NCBI GenBank assembly: GCA_965222435.1
Contig: OZ244950.1
Coordinates: 5,547,983-5,611,982 of the forward strand
Length of the DNA stretch: 64,000 nt
Origin: Candidatus Poribacteria bacterium
GTDB lineage: Bacteria > Poribacteria > WGA-4E > PCPOR2b
Reading direction: 5' to 3'
Shown: positions 10,426 through 20,457 of the stretch, one piece after another
Numbering within the stretch: position 1 is the stretch's first letter
How the letters are laid out: each line of letters starts with the position of its first letter
Notes under the pieces: generated by a model
The model's database searches: none
What the model was told of the DNA's origin: nothing
The model's input: only the letters and a program-made list of their open reading frames with translations
Made by a program: the position numbers and the translations under genes

Positions 10426-11304
10426 TCATTCCTTGCGTTTACCTTCTGCGAACTGGGTTGCTAAGGCTTGCAAAATTTTCTCGACATGCCGGCGATTTTC
10501 CCAACCGTTGAACGTCTGTGCTGCCTCCACTGCGCGATAGCGGTTCCCCGCATAATAGCGGTAAAATAGAAAGAAGAATGAAAGAAGCGCGTCGTCATAG
10601 TCCCTTTCGATTGCAGCGTCAAGGGTAATGTAACCGAGTACTCCATTGAGAAGCAGGGCATTTAACCCATTTTTCCAGTCTCCAGCGTAGGTCTGTCCTA
10701 GCCCCGGCAAAAAGGTAGAGAGCAGCCGCGCCGCCTTCTCCGATTTCTGTGACCGATTAAGAGCATCTAAAAAGAGTGCGTCAATCTCAGCGGCAGCCCC
10801 CGCTGCACTGGGAATTTCATCGAAATACACCTGAAACACCGATCGTGCCTGTTCCCACTTGAACTGATACAGATAAGCAACCCCCCGTAAGAAACGAGCG
10901 CGTTGACGCAATCGTGCCGACTGACTCTGCATATCAGCTTTGATCAGTTCCACCAGCGCGAGGTCGTAGGCACCACTGGCAATCAGTGTCACAGCGAGCT
11001 CAACTCGCCTTTCCGCCTGCAATTCGGTTTCTGTTGTCCGCTGAATAGCCGCAATCATCGCTTCGGCCGCTTCCATCCACCATTTTTGGGCGCGGTACGC
11101 CAAGCCAATTTTGAACTGCACCTCACCCACCCGTGGATCGTCAGCATTGAAAAATAGAAACCGCTCGTATTCCGTAATCGCCGCATCATAGTTTTCCCGT
11201 ACAAAGAAATAATCACCAAGATCAAGAGCGGGATCGGAGGCGGAGACAGAAACAGCGGCGAAAAACAGAAGTGTAATCGCTACTATAGTGAAATGACTCA
11301 TCAA
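10426..11304 (-). CDS. Secreted TPR-like protein with a C-terminal LPGLGQxYxG membrane motif (DUF5683-like)
   Basis: Signal peptide MMSHFTIVAITLLFFAAVSVSA. The middle is helical-repeat and the C-terminus carries FLPGLGQTYAGDWKNG. The DUF assignment is from memory and is low confidence. Confidence 0.5.
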   Translation of the reverse strand: MMSHFTIVAITLLFFAAVSVSASDPALDLGDYFFVRENYDAAITEYERFLFFNADDPRVGEVQFKIGLAYRAQKWWMEAAEAMIAAIQRTTETELQAERRVELAVTLIASGAYDLALVELIKADMQSQSARLRQRARFLRGVAYLYQFKWEQARSVFQVYFDEIPSAAGAAAEIDALFLDALNRSQKSEKAARLLSTFLPGLGQTYAGDWKNGLNALLLNGVLGYITLDAAIERDYDDALLSFFFLFYRYYAGNRYRAVEAAQTFNGWENRRHVEKILQALATQFAEGKRKE

Positions 11305-11439
11305 CTAATTCCCTATGTCCCTACAATCCCATGTTATCAAATCGTAACCTTATATGCAAGCAATAAAAAAAGGGGCGAGCATTTTCAGCCTCACCCCTCT
11401 TAAAATCATTGAAGATATGCGATACACACATCACGTTTT

Positions 11440-12261
11440 TTATTGTACTGGACGCTCTTTAACGTGTCCCCACGTCGTTGTCATCTTGCCACCGGGTTCA
11501 ACGGCGAATGGCTCGAAAGGTTGGTCATCAACTTCCCACAACTCAACCGCCCCTTCAAGAACAGCATCCGGACACGGTTTGGCGTGGCCACCGTCTTTAG
11601 CGGCATTGACAATTGTCGCTGCGCCTTCGATTTCGTTGAGATGATAGAGAGCCCTTGTATCCGCATCTGGCACAAACTCGGTTTCAGGCACATCGTAGTC
11701 ACCCTTGTAGCGGGATCCCTTCGATATACGCGCTTCGTCAATCAGTCCGTGGTAGATAGAGTGGGTCGCACCACCACGTTCACGCCTTCCCATCTTGAAC
11801 GTATCTTCATGCGCCCAAGCCAGTTGTTTACCAGCGTGCTCCCCGAACTTACCTTCTTTGCCATTGAGATACATACGGACATCCGGAGGATCCCAGACAA
11901 CCGCGCCGTGGTTCCAAACATTGACCCCGACACTAAGCTCACTGTTTTCCCATGCCCAACCGTTATTTTTACCGTTTTCCAGGGCGCCTGCGATGGCGGA
12001 TTGGAAGAGACCATCTTTGTTGGCATTTTCAAAATGATCTTCTTTGTTAAGAATCATTCGCTCCCCTTGGGAGTCAAAAGGCTTGAACCACGCTTCAAAG
12101 GTGAATGGACAACATGTATCTTCGTCGAAGAAACATGGGTCATGCGGCGCTGATACATAACTCTCAAAGTCAGCACCGTCAATAAATACCGCCATCTGAG
12201 CGGTTGCGTAAGCACCTGTAAGGAAAGTTATTGCAAGTGCGACAAATAGTAGGCGTTTCAA
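11440..12261 (-). CDS. Secreted LamG/concanavalin-like jellyroll domain protein (hypothetical)
   Basis: Signal peptide MKRLLFVALAITFLTGAYATA. The beta-rich sequence with MYLNGKEG and Trp/Gly-rich strands is typical of LamG-like folds. It lies downstream of the propeller array. Confidence 0.5.
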   Translation of the reverse strand: MKRLLFVALAITFLTGAYATAQMAVFIDGADFESYVSAPHDPCFFDEDTCCPFTFEAWFKPFDSQGERMILNKEDHFENANKDGLFQSAIAGALENGKNNGWAWENSELSVGVNVWNHGAVVWDPPDVRMYLNGKEGKFGEHAGKQLAWAHEDTFKMGRRERGGATHSIYHGLIDEARISKGSRYKGDYDVPETEFVPDADTRALYHLNEIEGAATIVNAAKDGGHAKPCPDAVLEGAVELWEVDDQPFEPFAVEPGGKMTTTWGHVKERPVQ

Positions 12262-13137
12262 TTTAATTCCTCCTCTATATTGAGGTTAATGAAAATTGAG
12301 GTTAATGAAAGTCTAGGGTCGAAATCTGAAATCCAATCGACTCTAAAACTAAGTCCATGATGGAAATCCATCATCATATCTGCTAGGGAGCTCTCCGATT
12401 CAGAACAATTATCGGAGATCAAAACCCTAAAATCTATTTTGAATCTACTACCATACAATACGTTGAAAATTATATCATAAATGAAAATAAAAGGCAATAC
12501 TTTTAGAGACGAATTCTAAATATAGCAATCCACCCCAATTTATAACTTGATAATATTGCCTCTAGTGCCGTTAGGACTCGCTGAAATACGAATTGTTGAC
12601 CTACTCCCAAAACTGAAGCATTGGGATTCTTAAACGGACTTATGGGTGCGTCCCGATCGATGCCCCTGCCGTATATCTGCTTCGACGAGATTTGCCACGT
12701 GCCAATAGTGTGGACTTACTATCTCTCCACAGACGTTTAGCGTCTCGGCGTGTCCCGCCGCGACGGTATAAATTTTCGGACTTGGTTTTCGTCCTGATAT
12801 GCGGCTTGGTTATCGCCGCTTGTCCTCCATATTCTATCTCACTAGAGTGTGGGATACCCCGGCTAGCGCCGGGGGTGACATTATCCCACGAAGGACAAGA
12901 TAATTATACCAGTTTTTGCCAGCAATATCAACGTTTTTTAACGTATGAACGAGACCACCGGGGCTGGACCCAACGCTAAAGCATTGGGATTGTCTCAGGG
13001 TCTTTCAACGACTTGCCTAATACGGCATCCACCCCAAAATGGGCTCGGACATCCGTTCTCAAGTTTAGATCGGGAACGAGTATCTGCCCCAAATATAGTC
13101 TTAAAGCAACGCAAGTTACTTTCACAGACAAGGAAAA

Positions 13138-14790
13138 CTATTTCAGGATAACCATGCGGCGGGTGTCTGAAAACGCATCCGCCTTCAGTGTATAGAAATA
13201 GACACCACTCGACACCGACTCGCCCAATTGGTCCCTACCATCCCAATAGACAGCCGTCTCCCTGCTGAGATACCTTCCTCCCCGCTGGTAACCGACATCC
13301 AGATGACGCACCAACTTACCTTCGACATCATAGATACGAACGTTTGCATCCGCATCATCAGCAAGCGTATAAGGGATCCACGTCTCTGGGTTAAACGGAT
13401 TGGGAAAGTTTTGAAGCAACGCTGTCCGCTTGATATCCCCGAATGTGGTCAGTGCTAAGTCACCGCGCGGTTCAACCGACAACGGTATGTTGAGACCTTC
13501 GACATCCTCGGTATCAAAGATATATACGGAACCTGCATCATCGCTGCCATCCTGGGCGTCCCATTGAACGCCGACGGCAGCGAAATTCAACCTTCGTCCG
13601 AATTGACCGTCAAGGGCGACAGCACTCCCCATATTGTCGCCACTAGTCAGACCCTTACTTTCATCCGGTCCTTTCACAGGTATGACTCTCGCCTGCAACA
13701 CCCAGTCGGCACCGACCTTCAGAAAGGCATAAGCAGCACCCGAATCGTCGCCCCTTTTCGTATCCGCAGAAGGCGCACCGACGAGTGCGCGATTCACATC
13801 CAGCGCAACTGTCAAACCGAAACCCGCACCTTCCTGGGGCTCGTCCACGGTCAATTTCGCCTCCTGTGTATAGACATCCCCAACACCACTAAAGATATAG
13901 GCGGAACCGGAGCCACGCTTCTTCACTTCGTTCTCGTCTTTGTTTGCCCCAACAATAATACGACTCTTGCTCACCTCAACAGAAACGCCGAAACCATCGC
14001 CGCCATCCCCGTCATCGGGGGTCACCTTTGCCACCTGTGCCCAAGCGTCTCCCTGCCGCTTAAACACATAAGCTGCGCCGGAGAGCCTCCCATTTGGGCC
14101 GGCGAGTGGGGCACCAACAACTATCGTGTTTTCACTAATCGCGCAATCCCAGCCGAACCGATTCTTTGGATCCCCATCGTCCGCCTGGAGTTTGGCTTGC
14201 TGTTTCCATTTATTCCCGTCGCGTTCGTAGACATAGACGGCACCTTTCTCCTCGTCATGGAAAGGGGTTCCAGCAATAAGGGTATTTCCACTGATGTCAA
14301 CCGAATATCCGAACCGGTCATCGTTCTGAACACCCTCGCCTTTAAAGTTTGCCATCTCCCCAAACCCTTTCCCTCCGGCGTGACGTTGGAAGACATACAC
14401 TATTCCCGGTCCTCCTCCCAACCTCCCACCTGCGGTGGGTCTTTTTCCACCATGTTCGTAGGCACTCACGACGGCAATGTCACCTTCAATAGCGACAGCA
14501 TGTCCATACTGATCCCTCGTGTTTCCATCGGGAGTTTTAAAGTGATTTTTAAGATCCCATCTCTTTCCATCGTATTCAAGGATATAGACACCGCCAAGGT
14601 CACCTGTATAAGAAGTATACCCGGCGATGAGGGTTGTCCCATTGATGTCAACGGAATGCCCCCAATTGGTATCTCCTCCCGCGGGTCTAGGAACAACGTC
14701 CCCTTCCACATCGGGAATAGCAGCATAACTCAGTGCAGCCTGTCCAACTAATAAAATGAGACAGGTGAAGGTAATTTGCAAGGTTTTCAT
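13138..14790 (-). CDS. Secreted FG-GAP-like 7-bladed beta-propeller protein with a C-terminal T9SS-type (type A / FlgD-Ig-like) sorting domain; paralog A
   Basis: Signal peptide MKTLQITFTCLILLVGQAALSYAA. Seven blades end in ...xGAP/...VGA motifs (RFGYSVDISGNTLIAGTP, RFGWDCAISENTIVVGAP and others). The C-terminus reads LLQNFPNPFNPETWIPYTLA...GVYFYTLKADAFSDTRRMVILK. The ORF track extends to the Met at 14826, but the conserved MKTLQ start at 14790 is more likely. Confidence 0.8.
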   Translation of the reverse strand: MKTLQITFTCLILLVGQAALSYAAIPDVEGDVVPRPAGGDTNWGHSVDINGTTLIAGYTSYTGDLGGVYILEYDGKRWDLKNHFKTPDGNTRDQYGHAVAIEGDIAVVSAYEHGGKRPTAGGRLGGGPGIVYVFQRHAGGKGFGEMANFKGEGVQNDDRFGYSVDISGNTLIAGTPFHDEEKGAVYVYERDGNKWKQQAKLQADDGDPKNRFGWDCAISENTIVVGAPLAGPNGRLSGAAYVFKRQGDAWAQVAKVTPDDGDGGDGFGVSVEVSKSRIIVGANKDENEVKKRGSGSAYIFSGVGDVYTQEAKLTVDEPQEGAGFGLTVALDVNRALVGAPSADTKRGDDSGAAYAFLKVGADWVLQARVIPVKGPDESKGLTSGDNMGSAVALDGQFGRRLNFAAVGVQWDAQDGSDDAGSVYIFDTEDVEGLNIPLSVEPRGDLALTTFGDIKRTALLQNFPNPFNPETWIPYTLADDADANVRIYDVEGKLVRHLDVGYQRGGRYLSRETAVYWDGRDQLGESVSSGVYFYTLKADAFSDTRRMVILK

Positions 14791-15109
14791 TGATAACGCT
14801 CCTTTCAGGATTAACCGTTTCCTCAATCAACGGTTAATTCGCCCTGCCGAGATGTAAATCTCAACCCACAGGTCAGGCCACTACACCAAAACTAATTAAT
14901 AGTATAGATTGAGTTGAACAGTTAAAGCAAATCCTTATCAAGGTAAGCCGGAGCGCTGCTTGTTAACAATACTGTTACATAGATAGAGTGAAACTCAACA
15001 CTCTAATCCACACGCAGATTATCGAATGTTGAGTTTCACTATTTAGGAGATTTCAATCAGAATCAAACCTCACAGTCCAAGTGGAATACTTGATATGTTT
15101 CAAGGGAAA

Positions 15110-16759
15110 CTATTTCAGGATAACCATGCGGCGGGTGTCTGAAAACGCATCCGCCTTCAGTGTATAGAAATAGACACCACTCGACACCGACTCGCCTAAT
15201 TGGTCCCTACCATTCCAATAGGCAGCTGTCTCCCTGCTGAGATACCTTCCTCCCCGCTGGTAACCGACGTCCAGATGACGCACCAGCTTACCTTCGACAT
15301 CATAGATACGAACGTTTACATCCGCATCATCAGCAAGCGTATAAGGGATCCACGTCTCTGGGTTAAACGGATTGGGAAAGTTTTGAAGCAACGCGGTCCG
15401 CTTGATATCCCCGAATGTGGTCAGTGCCAAGTCACCGCGCGGCTCAACCGACAACGGTATGTTGAGACCTTCGACATCGGCGGTATCAAAGACATACACA
15501 GAGCCTTCATCGTCACCACCGTCAGGATGTGCGTCCCATTGAACGCCAACGGCACCGAAATTCAACCGTCGTCCAAATTTGCCATCAAGGGTGACAGCAC
15601 TGCCCATGTTGTCTCCACTGGTTAAGCCCTTTCCCTCTTCTGCACCTTTCACAGGTATGACTCTCGCCTGCAACACCCAGTCGGGACCAACCTTCAAAAA
15701 GGCGTAAGCAGCACCCGAATCGTCGCCCCTTTTCGTATCGGTCGAAGGCGCGCCGACAAGCGCACGGTTGACATCAAGCGCGACCGAAAGACCGAAGCCT
15801 GCACCTTCCTGAGGCTCCTCCGCGGTCAACTTCGCCTCCTGGGTATAGACATCTCCAACTCCTTGGAAGATATAGGCAGAACCGGAGCCACGTTTCTTCA
15901 CTTCATTCTCATCTTTGTTTGCGCCGACAATAATGCGACTTTTGCTCACGTCAACAGAAATGCCGAAGCCATCGCCACCATCTCCATCATCAGGGGTCAC
16001 CTTTGCCACCTGCGCCCAAGCGTCCCCCTGCCGCTTAAAGACATAGACTGCGCCGGAAAGTCTCGCAGGTGCAGCAGCGAGCGGGGCGCCAACAACTATT
16101 GTGTTTTCATGAACCGCACAGTCCCAACCGAACCGGTTCTTTACCCCTGCATCGTCTGCCACGAGTTTGGTTTGCTCTTTCCACTTGTTTCCGTCAAGCA
16201 CGTAGACATAGACAGCACCTTTCTCCTCGTCATGAAAAGGGGTTCCGGCGATGAGGGTATTCCCACTGATGTCAACCGCATATCCAAATCGGTCACGATT
16301 CTTGATGCCATCACCTTTAAGTTGTGCGCTCTCGGCAAACTCTTTGCCTCCACGCTCGTAGATATAAACTAGTCCTGGACCCTCTCCCAAATGCCCACCT
16401 GCAACGGGTTTTTTCCCACCGTGCTCGTAGGCACTTACCACAGCGATGTCTCCCTCGATAGCAACAGCGTGACCATACTGATCCCTTGGTCCTGCATCGG
16501 GGGTTTTAAAGTGCTGCAAAAGCTCCCATTCTTTCCCACTATATTCCATAATAAAGACACCCCCAGCGTTGCCGACATACGAAGTGTATCCGGCGATAAG
16601 GGTTGTCTCACTGATGTCAACGGAATGTCCCCAATTGGTGTTCCCACCTGCGGGTCTCGGAACAACGTCCCCTTCCACATCGGGAACGGCAGCATAACTC
16701 AGTGCAGCCTGTCCAACTAATAAAATGAGACAGGTGAAGGTAATTTGCAAGGTTTTCAT
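15110..16759 (-). CDS. Secreted FG-GAP-like beta-propeller protein with C-terminal sorting domain; paralog B
   Basis: The N-terminal 45 aa and C-terminal about 110 aa are near-identical to paralog A. The central blades and loops diverge. Confidence 0.85.
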   Translation of the reverse strand: MKTLQITFTCLILLVGQAALSYAAVPDVEGDVVPRPAGGNTNWGHSVDISETTLIAGYTSYVGNAGGVFIMEYSGKEWELLQHFKTPDAGPRDQYGHAVAIEGDIAVVSAYEHGGKKPVAGGHLGEGPGLVYIYERGGKEFAESAQLKGDGIKNRDRFGYAVDISGNTLIAGTPFHDEEKGAVYVYVLDGNKWKEQTKLVADDAGVKNRFGWDCAVHENTIVVGAPLAAAPARLSGAVYVFKRQGDAWAQVAKVTPDDGDGGDGFGISVDVSKSRIIVGANKDENEVKKRGSGSAYIFQGVGDVYTQEAKLTAEEPQEGAGFGLSVALDVNRALVGAPSTDTKRGDDSGAAYAFLKVGPDWVLQARVIPVKGAEEGKGLTSGDNMGSAVTLDGKFGRRLNFGAVGVQWDAHPDGGDDEGSVYVFDTADVEGLNIPLSVEPRGDLALTTFGDIKRTALLQNFPNPFNPETWIPYTLADDADVNVRIYDVEGKLVRHLDVGYQRGGRYLSRETAAYWNGRDQLGESVSSGVYFYTLKADAFSDTRRMVILK

Positions 16760-16805
16760 TGATAACGCTCCTTTCAGGATGAACCACCTTTTTCAATAAA
16801 CAGTT

Positions 16806-16841
16806 AATTGTAGGTCGAGATGTAAATCTCGACCTACAATT
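16806..16841. repeat. Perfect 16 bp-stem hairpin (AATTGTAGGTCGAGAT-gtaa-ATCTCGACCTACAATT) in the B/C spacer. It is a likely terminator or operator, and an identical copy lies at 18570-18605.
   Basis: The inverted repeat was read directly. It is embedded in a 123 nt spacer that is duplicated verbatim between genes C and D. Confidence 0.6.
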
Positions 16842-16882
16842 ACTTTACAAAATCTATAAGTCGCTCCCACGGATAAGGATAA

Positions 16883-18523
16883 CTATTTCAAGATAACCAT
16901 GCGACGCGTGTCTGAAAACGCGTCTGCTTTTAGTGTATAGAAGTAAACACCACTCGACACCGACTCACCCAATTGGTCCCTACCATCCCAATAGGCAGCC
17001 GTCTCTCTGCTGAGATACCTTCCTCCCCGCTGGTAACCGACATCCAGATGACGCACCAACTTACCTTCGACATCATAGATACGAACGTTTACATCCGCAT
17101 CATCAGCAAGCGTATAAGGGATCCACGTCTCTGGGTTAAACGGATTGGGAAAGTTTTGAAGCAACGCGGTCCGCTTGATATCCCCGAACGTGGTCAGTGC
17201 TAGGTCTCCACGTGGCTCGACCGACAACGGTATGTTGAGACTGTCCTCATCTTCGGTATCAAAGATATAAACGGAGCCGGCATCACCACCGCCCTCCTGA
17301 GCGTCCCATTGCACGCCGATAGCGGCGAAGTTGAATTTTCGTCCGAATTTACCATCAAGGGCAACGGCACTGCCCATGTTGTCGCCACCCGGTAAACCGG
17401 GTTCAGCTGGTCCTTTCACAGGTATGACTCTCGCCTGCAACACCCAGTCGTCATCGACCTGCAAAAAGGCGTAAGCGGCTCCAGAATTGTCGTTGGCTTT
17501 GGTATTTGTAAAAGGCGCGCCGACGAGGGCACGGTTCACATGAAGGGCAACCGAATGCCCGAAGCCAGCAGCTTCTTGAGGCTCGTCCGCGGTCAACTTC
17601 GCGTCCTGTGTATAGACATTCCCGACACCGCTAAAGATATACGCAGAGCCGGAGCCGCGCTTCTTCGCTTCATTTTCGTCTTTGTTTGCTCCAACGATGA
17701 TTAGACTCTTGCTGACATCAACAGCAGCACCGAAACTGTCGCCGCCATCCCCGTCATCGGGAGTGATCTTTGCTACCTGTGCCCATGCGTCACCCTGACG
17801 CTTAAAGACATACGCCGCGCCAGAGAGCCTCTTAGGCGCAGCGGCGAGCGGCGCACCGACAACTATCGTGTTTTCATGAACCGCGCAGTCCCAACCGAAT
17901 CGGTTTTTTACCCCTGCATCGTCTGCCACGAGTTTGGTTTGCTCTTTCCACTTGTTTCCGTCAAGCACGTAGACATAGACAGCACCTTTCTCCTCGTCAT
18001 GAAAAGGGGTTCCGGCGATGAGGGTATTCCCGCTGAGGTCAACAGAATATCCGAACCGGTCATCGTTTTGGACACCCTCGCCTTTAAGTTTTGCCATTTC
18101 CGCAAACCCTTTGGCTTCATGTTTGTAGACATACACTAATCCTGGTCCGCCACCTAACAGTGCGCCTGCCTTGAGTCTTTTGCCACCATGTTCGTAGGCA
18201 CTCACGACAGCAATGTCACCTTCAAGGGCAACGGCATGACCGTACCAATCCATCGTCCCCCCATCGGGGGTCTTAAAGTGGTCTAAAAGCTCCCACCTCT
18301 TCCCCTCTTGTTCCATGATGAAGACACCCCCACTATGTCCCCTATGCGAGGGGTACCCAGCAATAAAGGTCGTTCCACTGATGTCAACCGAATGTCCCCA
18401 ACCGGTGCTTCCGCCCTCGGGCCTAGGAACAACCTCTCCCTTAACATCAGGAGCAGCATAACTCAGTGCAGCCTGTCCAACTAATAAAATGAGACAGGTA
18501 AAGATAATTTGCAAGGTTTTCAT
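16883..18523 (-). CDS. Secreted FG-GAP-like beta-propeller protein with C-terminal sorting domain; paralog C
   Basis: Same architecture as A and B. The RBS AAAGGAG lies 8 nt upstream of the ATG. Confidence 0.85.
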   Translation of the reverse strand: MKTLQIIFTCLILLVGQAALSYAAPDVKGEVVPRPEGGSTGWGHSVDISGTTFIAGYPSHRGHSGGVFIMEQEGKRWELLDHFKTPDGGTMDWYGHAVALEGDIAVVSAYEHGGKRLKAGALLGGGPGLVYVYKHEAKGFAEMAKLKGEGVQNDDRFGYSVDLSGNTLIAGTPFHDEEKGAVYVYVLDGNKWKEQTKLVADDAGVKNRFGWDCAVHENTIVVGAPLAAAPKRLSGAAYVFKRQGDAWAQVAKITPDDGDGGDSFGAAVDVSKSLIIVGANKDENEAKKRGSGSAYIFSGVGNVYTQDAKLTADEPQEAAGFGHSVALHVNRALVGAPFTNTKANDNSGAAYAFLQVDDDWVLQARVIPVKGPAEPGLPGGDNMGSAVALDGKFGRKFNFAAIGVQWDAQEGGGDAGSVYIFDTEDEDSLNIPLSVEPRGDLALTTFGDIKRTALLQNFPNPFNPETWIPYTLADDADVNVRIYDVEGKLVRHLDVGYQRGGRYLSRETAAYWDGRDQLGESVSSGVYFYTLKADAFSDTRRMVILK

Positions 18524-18569
18524 TGATAACGCTCCTTTCAGGATGAACCACCTTTTTCAATAAACAGTT

Positions 18570-18605
18570 AATTGTAGGTCGAGATGTAAATCTCGACCTA
18601 CAATT
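18570..18605. repeat. Second copy of the 16 bp-stem hairpin in the C/D spacer
   Basis: Identical to 16806-16841. Confidence 0.6.
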
Positions 18606-18646
18606 ACTTTACAAAATCTATAAGTCGCTCCCACGGATAAGGATAA

Positions 18647-20287
18647 CTATTTCAAGATAACCATGCGACGCGTCTCTGAAAACGCGTCTGCTTTTAGTGT
18701 ATAGAAATAGACACCACTCGACACCGACTCACCCAATTGGTCCCTACCGTCCCAATAGGCAGCTGTGTCTCTACCGAGATACCTTCCCCCCCGCTGGTAA
18801 CCGACATCCAGATGACGCACCAGTTTACCTTCGACATCATAGATACGAACGTTTACATCCGCATCATCAGCAAGCGTATAAGGGATCCACGTCTCTGGGT
18901 TAAACGGATTGGGAAAGTTTTGAAGCAACGCTGTCCGCTTGATATCCCCGAACGTGGTCAGCGCCAAGTCACCGCGCGGCTCAACCGACAACGGTATATT
19001 GAGACCTTCCACATCCTCAGTATCAAAGATATATACGGAACCTGCATCATCGCCGCCATCCTGGGCGTCCCATTGAACGCCGATGGCGGCGAGGTTAAAG
19101 TTTCGCCCAAATTCGCCATCAAGGGCAACAGCACTGCCCATGTTGTCTCCACTGGTTAAGCCCTGCCCCTCATTCTGGCCTTTTTCAGGTATGACTCTCG
19201 CCTGCAACACCCAGTCGGCACCGTCCTTCAGAAAGGCGTAAGCGGCACCCGAATCGTCGCCACGCTTCGTATCGGTCGAAGGCGCACCGACGAGAGCACG
19301 ATTCACATCAAGCGCAACTGTTAACCCGAAGCCGGCACCTTCCTGAAGCTCGTCCGCGGTCAACTTCGCCTCTTGGGTATAGACATCTCCAACACCACTA
19401 AAGATATAAGCTGAACCAGACCCACGTATCTTCGCTTCATTCTCATCTTTGTTGGCACCGACAATAACACGACTCTTGCTGACCTCGACAGAAACGCCGA
19501 AGCCATCGCCACCATCCCCATCATCAGGGACCAATTTTGCCACCTGAGCCCACGCGTCTCCTTGTCGCTTGAAAACATAGGCTGCGCCGGAGAGCCTCCC
19601 ATTTGGACCGGCGAGCGGTGCACCAACAACTATTGTGTTTTCACTAATCGCGCAGTCCCAACCGAACCGGTTCTTTACCTCCACATCGTCCGCTTGGAGC
19701 TTAGCTTGCTCTTTCCATTGATTGTTATCAAGTGTGTAAACATAAACGACACCTTTTTCCTCGTCGTGAAAAGGGGTTCCGGCGACGAAGGTCTTCCCAC
19801 TGATGTCAACTGAATATCCGAATCGGTCATTGTTTTGGACATCAGCGGCTTTGAATGCTGCCATTTGTGCCCACCCTTTTAAACGCTCGTAGACATACAC
19901 CCTTCCTGGGCCTTCGCCCAGAGGTCCGCCTGCAACGGGTTTTTTCCCGCCATCTTCGTAAGCACTCACGACAGCGAAGTCACCGTCAATGGCGACCGCG
20001 TGTCCATACTGATCCCTTGTGTTGTTACCAGGGGTTTGAAATTGAACGATAAGATCCCACTTCTTCCCCTTTTGTTCAAGGATAAAAACACCGCCGTTAT
20101 TACCGACATACGAGGTGTATCCAGCGATGAGGGTCGTCCCACTAACGTCAACGGAATGCCCCCAATTGGTGTCCCCGCCCGCGGGTCTAGGAACGACCAC
20201 TCCCTCGGCATCGGGAGCAGCATAACTCAGTGTGATCTGTCCAAGCAGTAAAATAAAGCAGACAAAGATAATTTGTACAACCTTCAT
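18647..20287 (-). CDS. Secreted FG-GAP-like beta-propeller protein with C-terminal sorting domain; paralog D
   Basis: Same architecture. The conserved start is MKVVQIIFVCF at 20287, while the ORF track begins 12 codons upstream at 20323. The C-terminus reads ...FSETRRMVILK. Confidence 0.8.
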   Translation of the reverse strand: MKVVQIIFVCFILLLGQITLSYAAPDAEGVVVPRPAGGDTNWGHSVDVSGTTLIAGYTSYVGNNGGVFILEQKGKKWDLIVQFQTPGNNTRDQYGHAVAIDGDFAVVSAYEDGGKKPVAGGPLGEGPGRVYVYERLKGWAQMAAFKAADVQNNDRFGYSVDISGKTFVAGTPFHDEEKGVVYVYTLDNNQWKEQAKLQADDVEVKNRFGWDCAISENTIVVGAPLAGPNGRLSGAAYVFKRQGDAWAQVAKLVPDDGDGGDGFGVSVEVSKSRVIVGANKDENEAKIRGSGSAYIFSGVGDVYTQEAKLTADELQEGAGFGLTVALDVNRALVGAPSTDTKRGDDSGAAYAFLKDGADWVLQARVIPEKGQNEGQGLTSGDNMGSAVALDGEFGRNFNLAAIGVQWDAQDGGDDAGSVYIFDTEDVEGLNIPLSVEPRGDLALTTFGDIKRTALLQNFPNPFNPETWIPYTLADDADVNVRIYDVEGKLVRHLDVGYQRGGRYLGRDTAAYWDGRDQLGESVSSGVYFYTLKADAFSETRRMVILK

Positions 20288-20457
20288 TGATAAAGCTCCT
20301 TTCAAATAGAGAACTCCTTTCAATACACTTTAGATTCTTATATCCAACAATTATTCTTAGCCAACAACCTCTAGCTCACGTGCCTATTGTATCACGTTTT
20401 TACTTTTAGGTCAACAGCGATTTTTGAATTCGATCTATTAGGAAACGGCTGCTCCTC

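Noticed and set aside
16760-18646. Identical 123 nt spacers with internal palindromes as a possible CRISPR-like array
   Set aside because: There are only two copies, separated by a 1.6 kb gene. They are simply the duplicated intergenic region of a tandem gene duplication.
13564-20251. Long antisense ORFs inside the four propeller genes and elsewhere, for example 13564-14751 (395 aa), 15863-16372, 17876-18139, 18737-19159 and 20000-20251. They look like a second set of paralogous genes.
   Set aside because: They are mirror images of well-supported minus-strand genes with signal peptides, RBSs and domain motifs. Stop-poor antisense frames are expected in GC-rich, codon-biased genes. Their similarity to each other follows from the sense-strand paralogy.
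13138-20323. A diversity-generating retroelement explanation for the conserved-ends, variable-middle paralogs, given an RT gene in the window
   Set aside because: The only RT is a group II intron IEP with maturase and HNH domains, 37 kb away. There is no template/variable repeat pair with adenine-specific mismatches, and the variation is spread over several blades rather than a C-terminal variable region.
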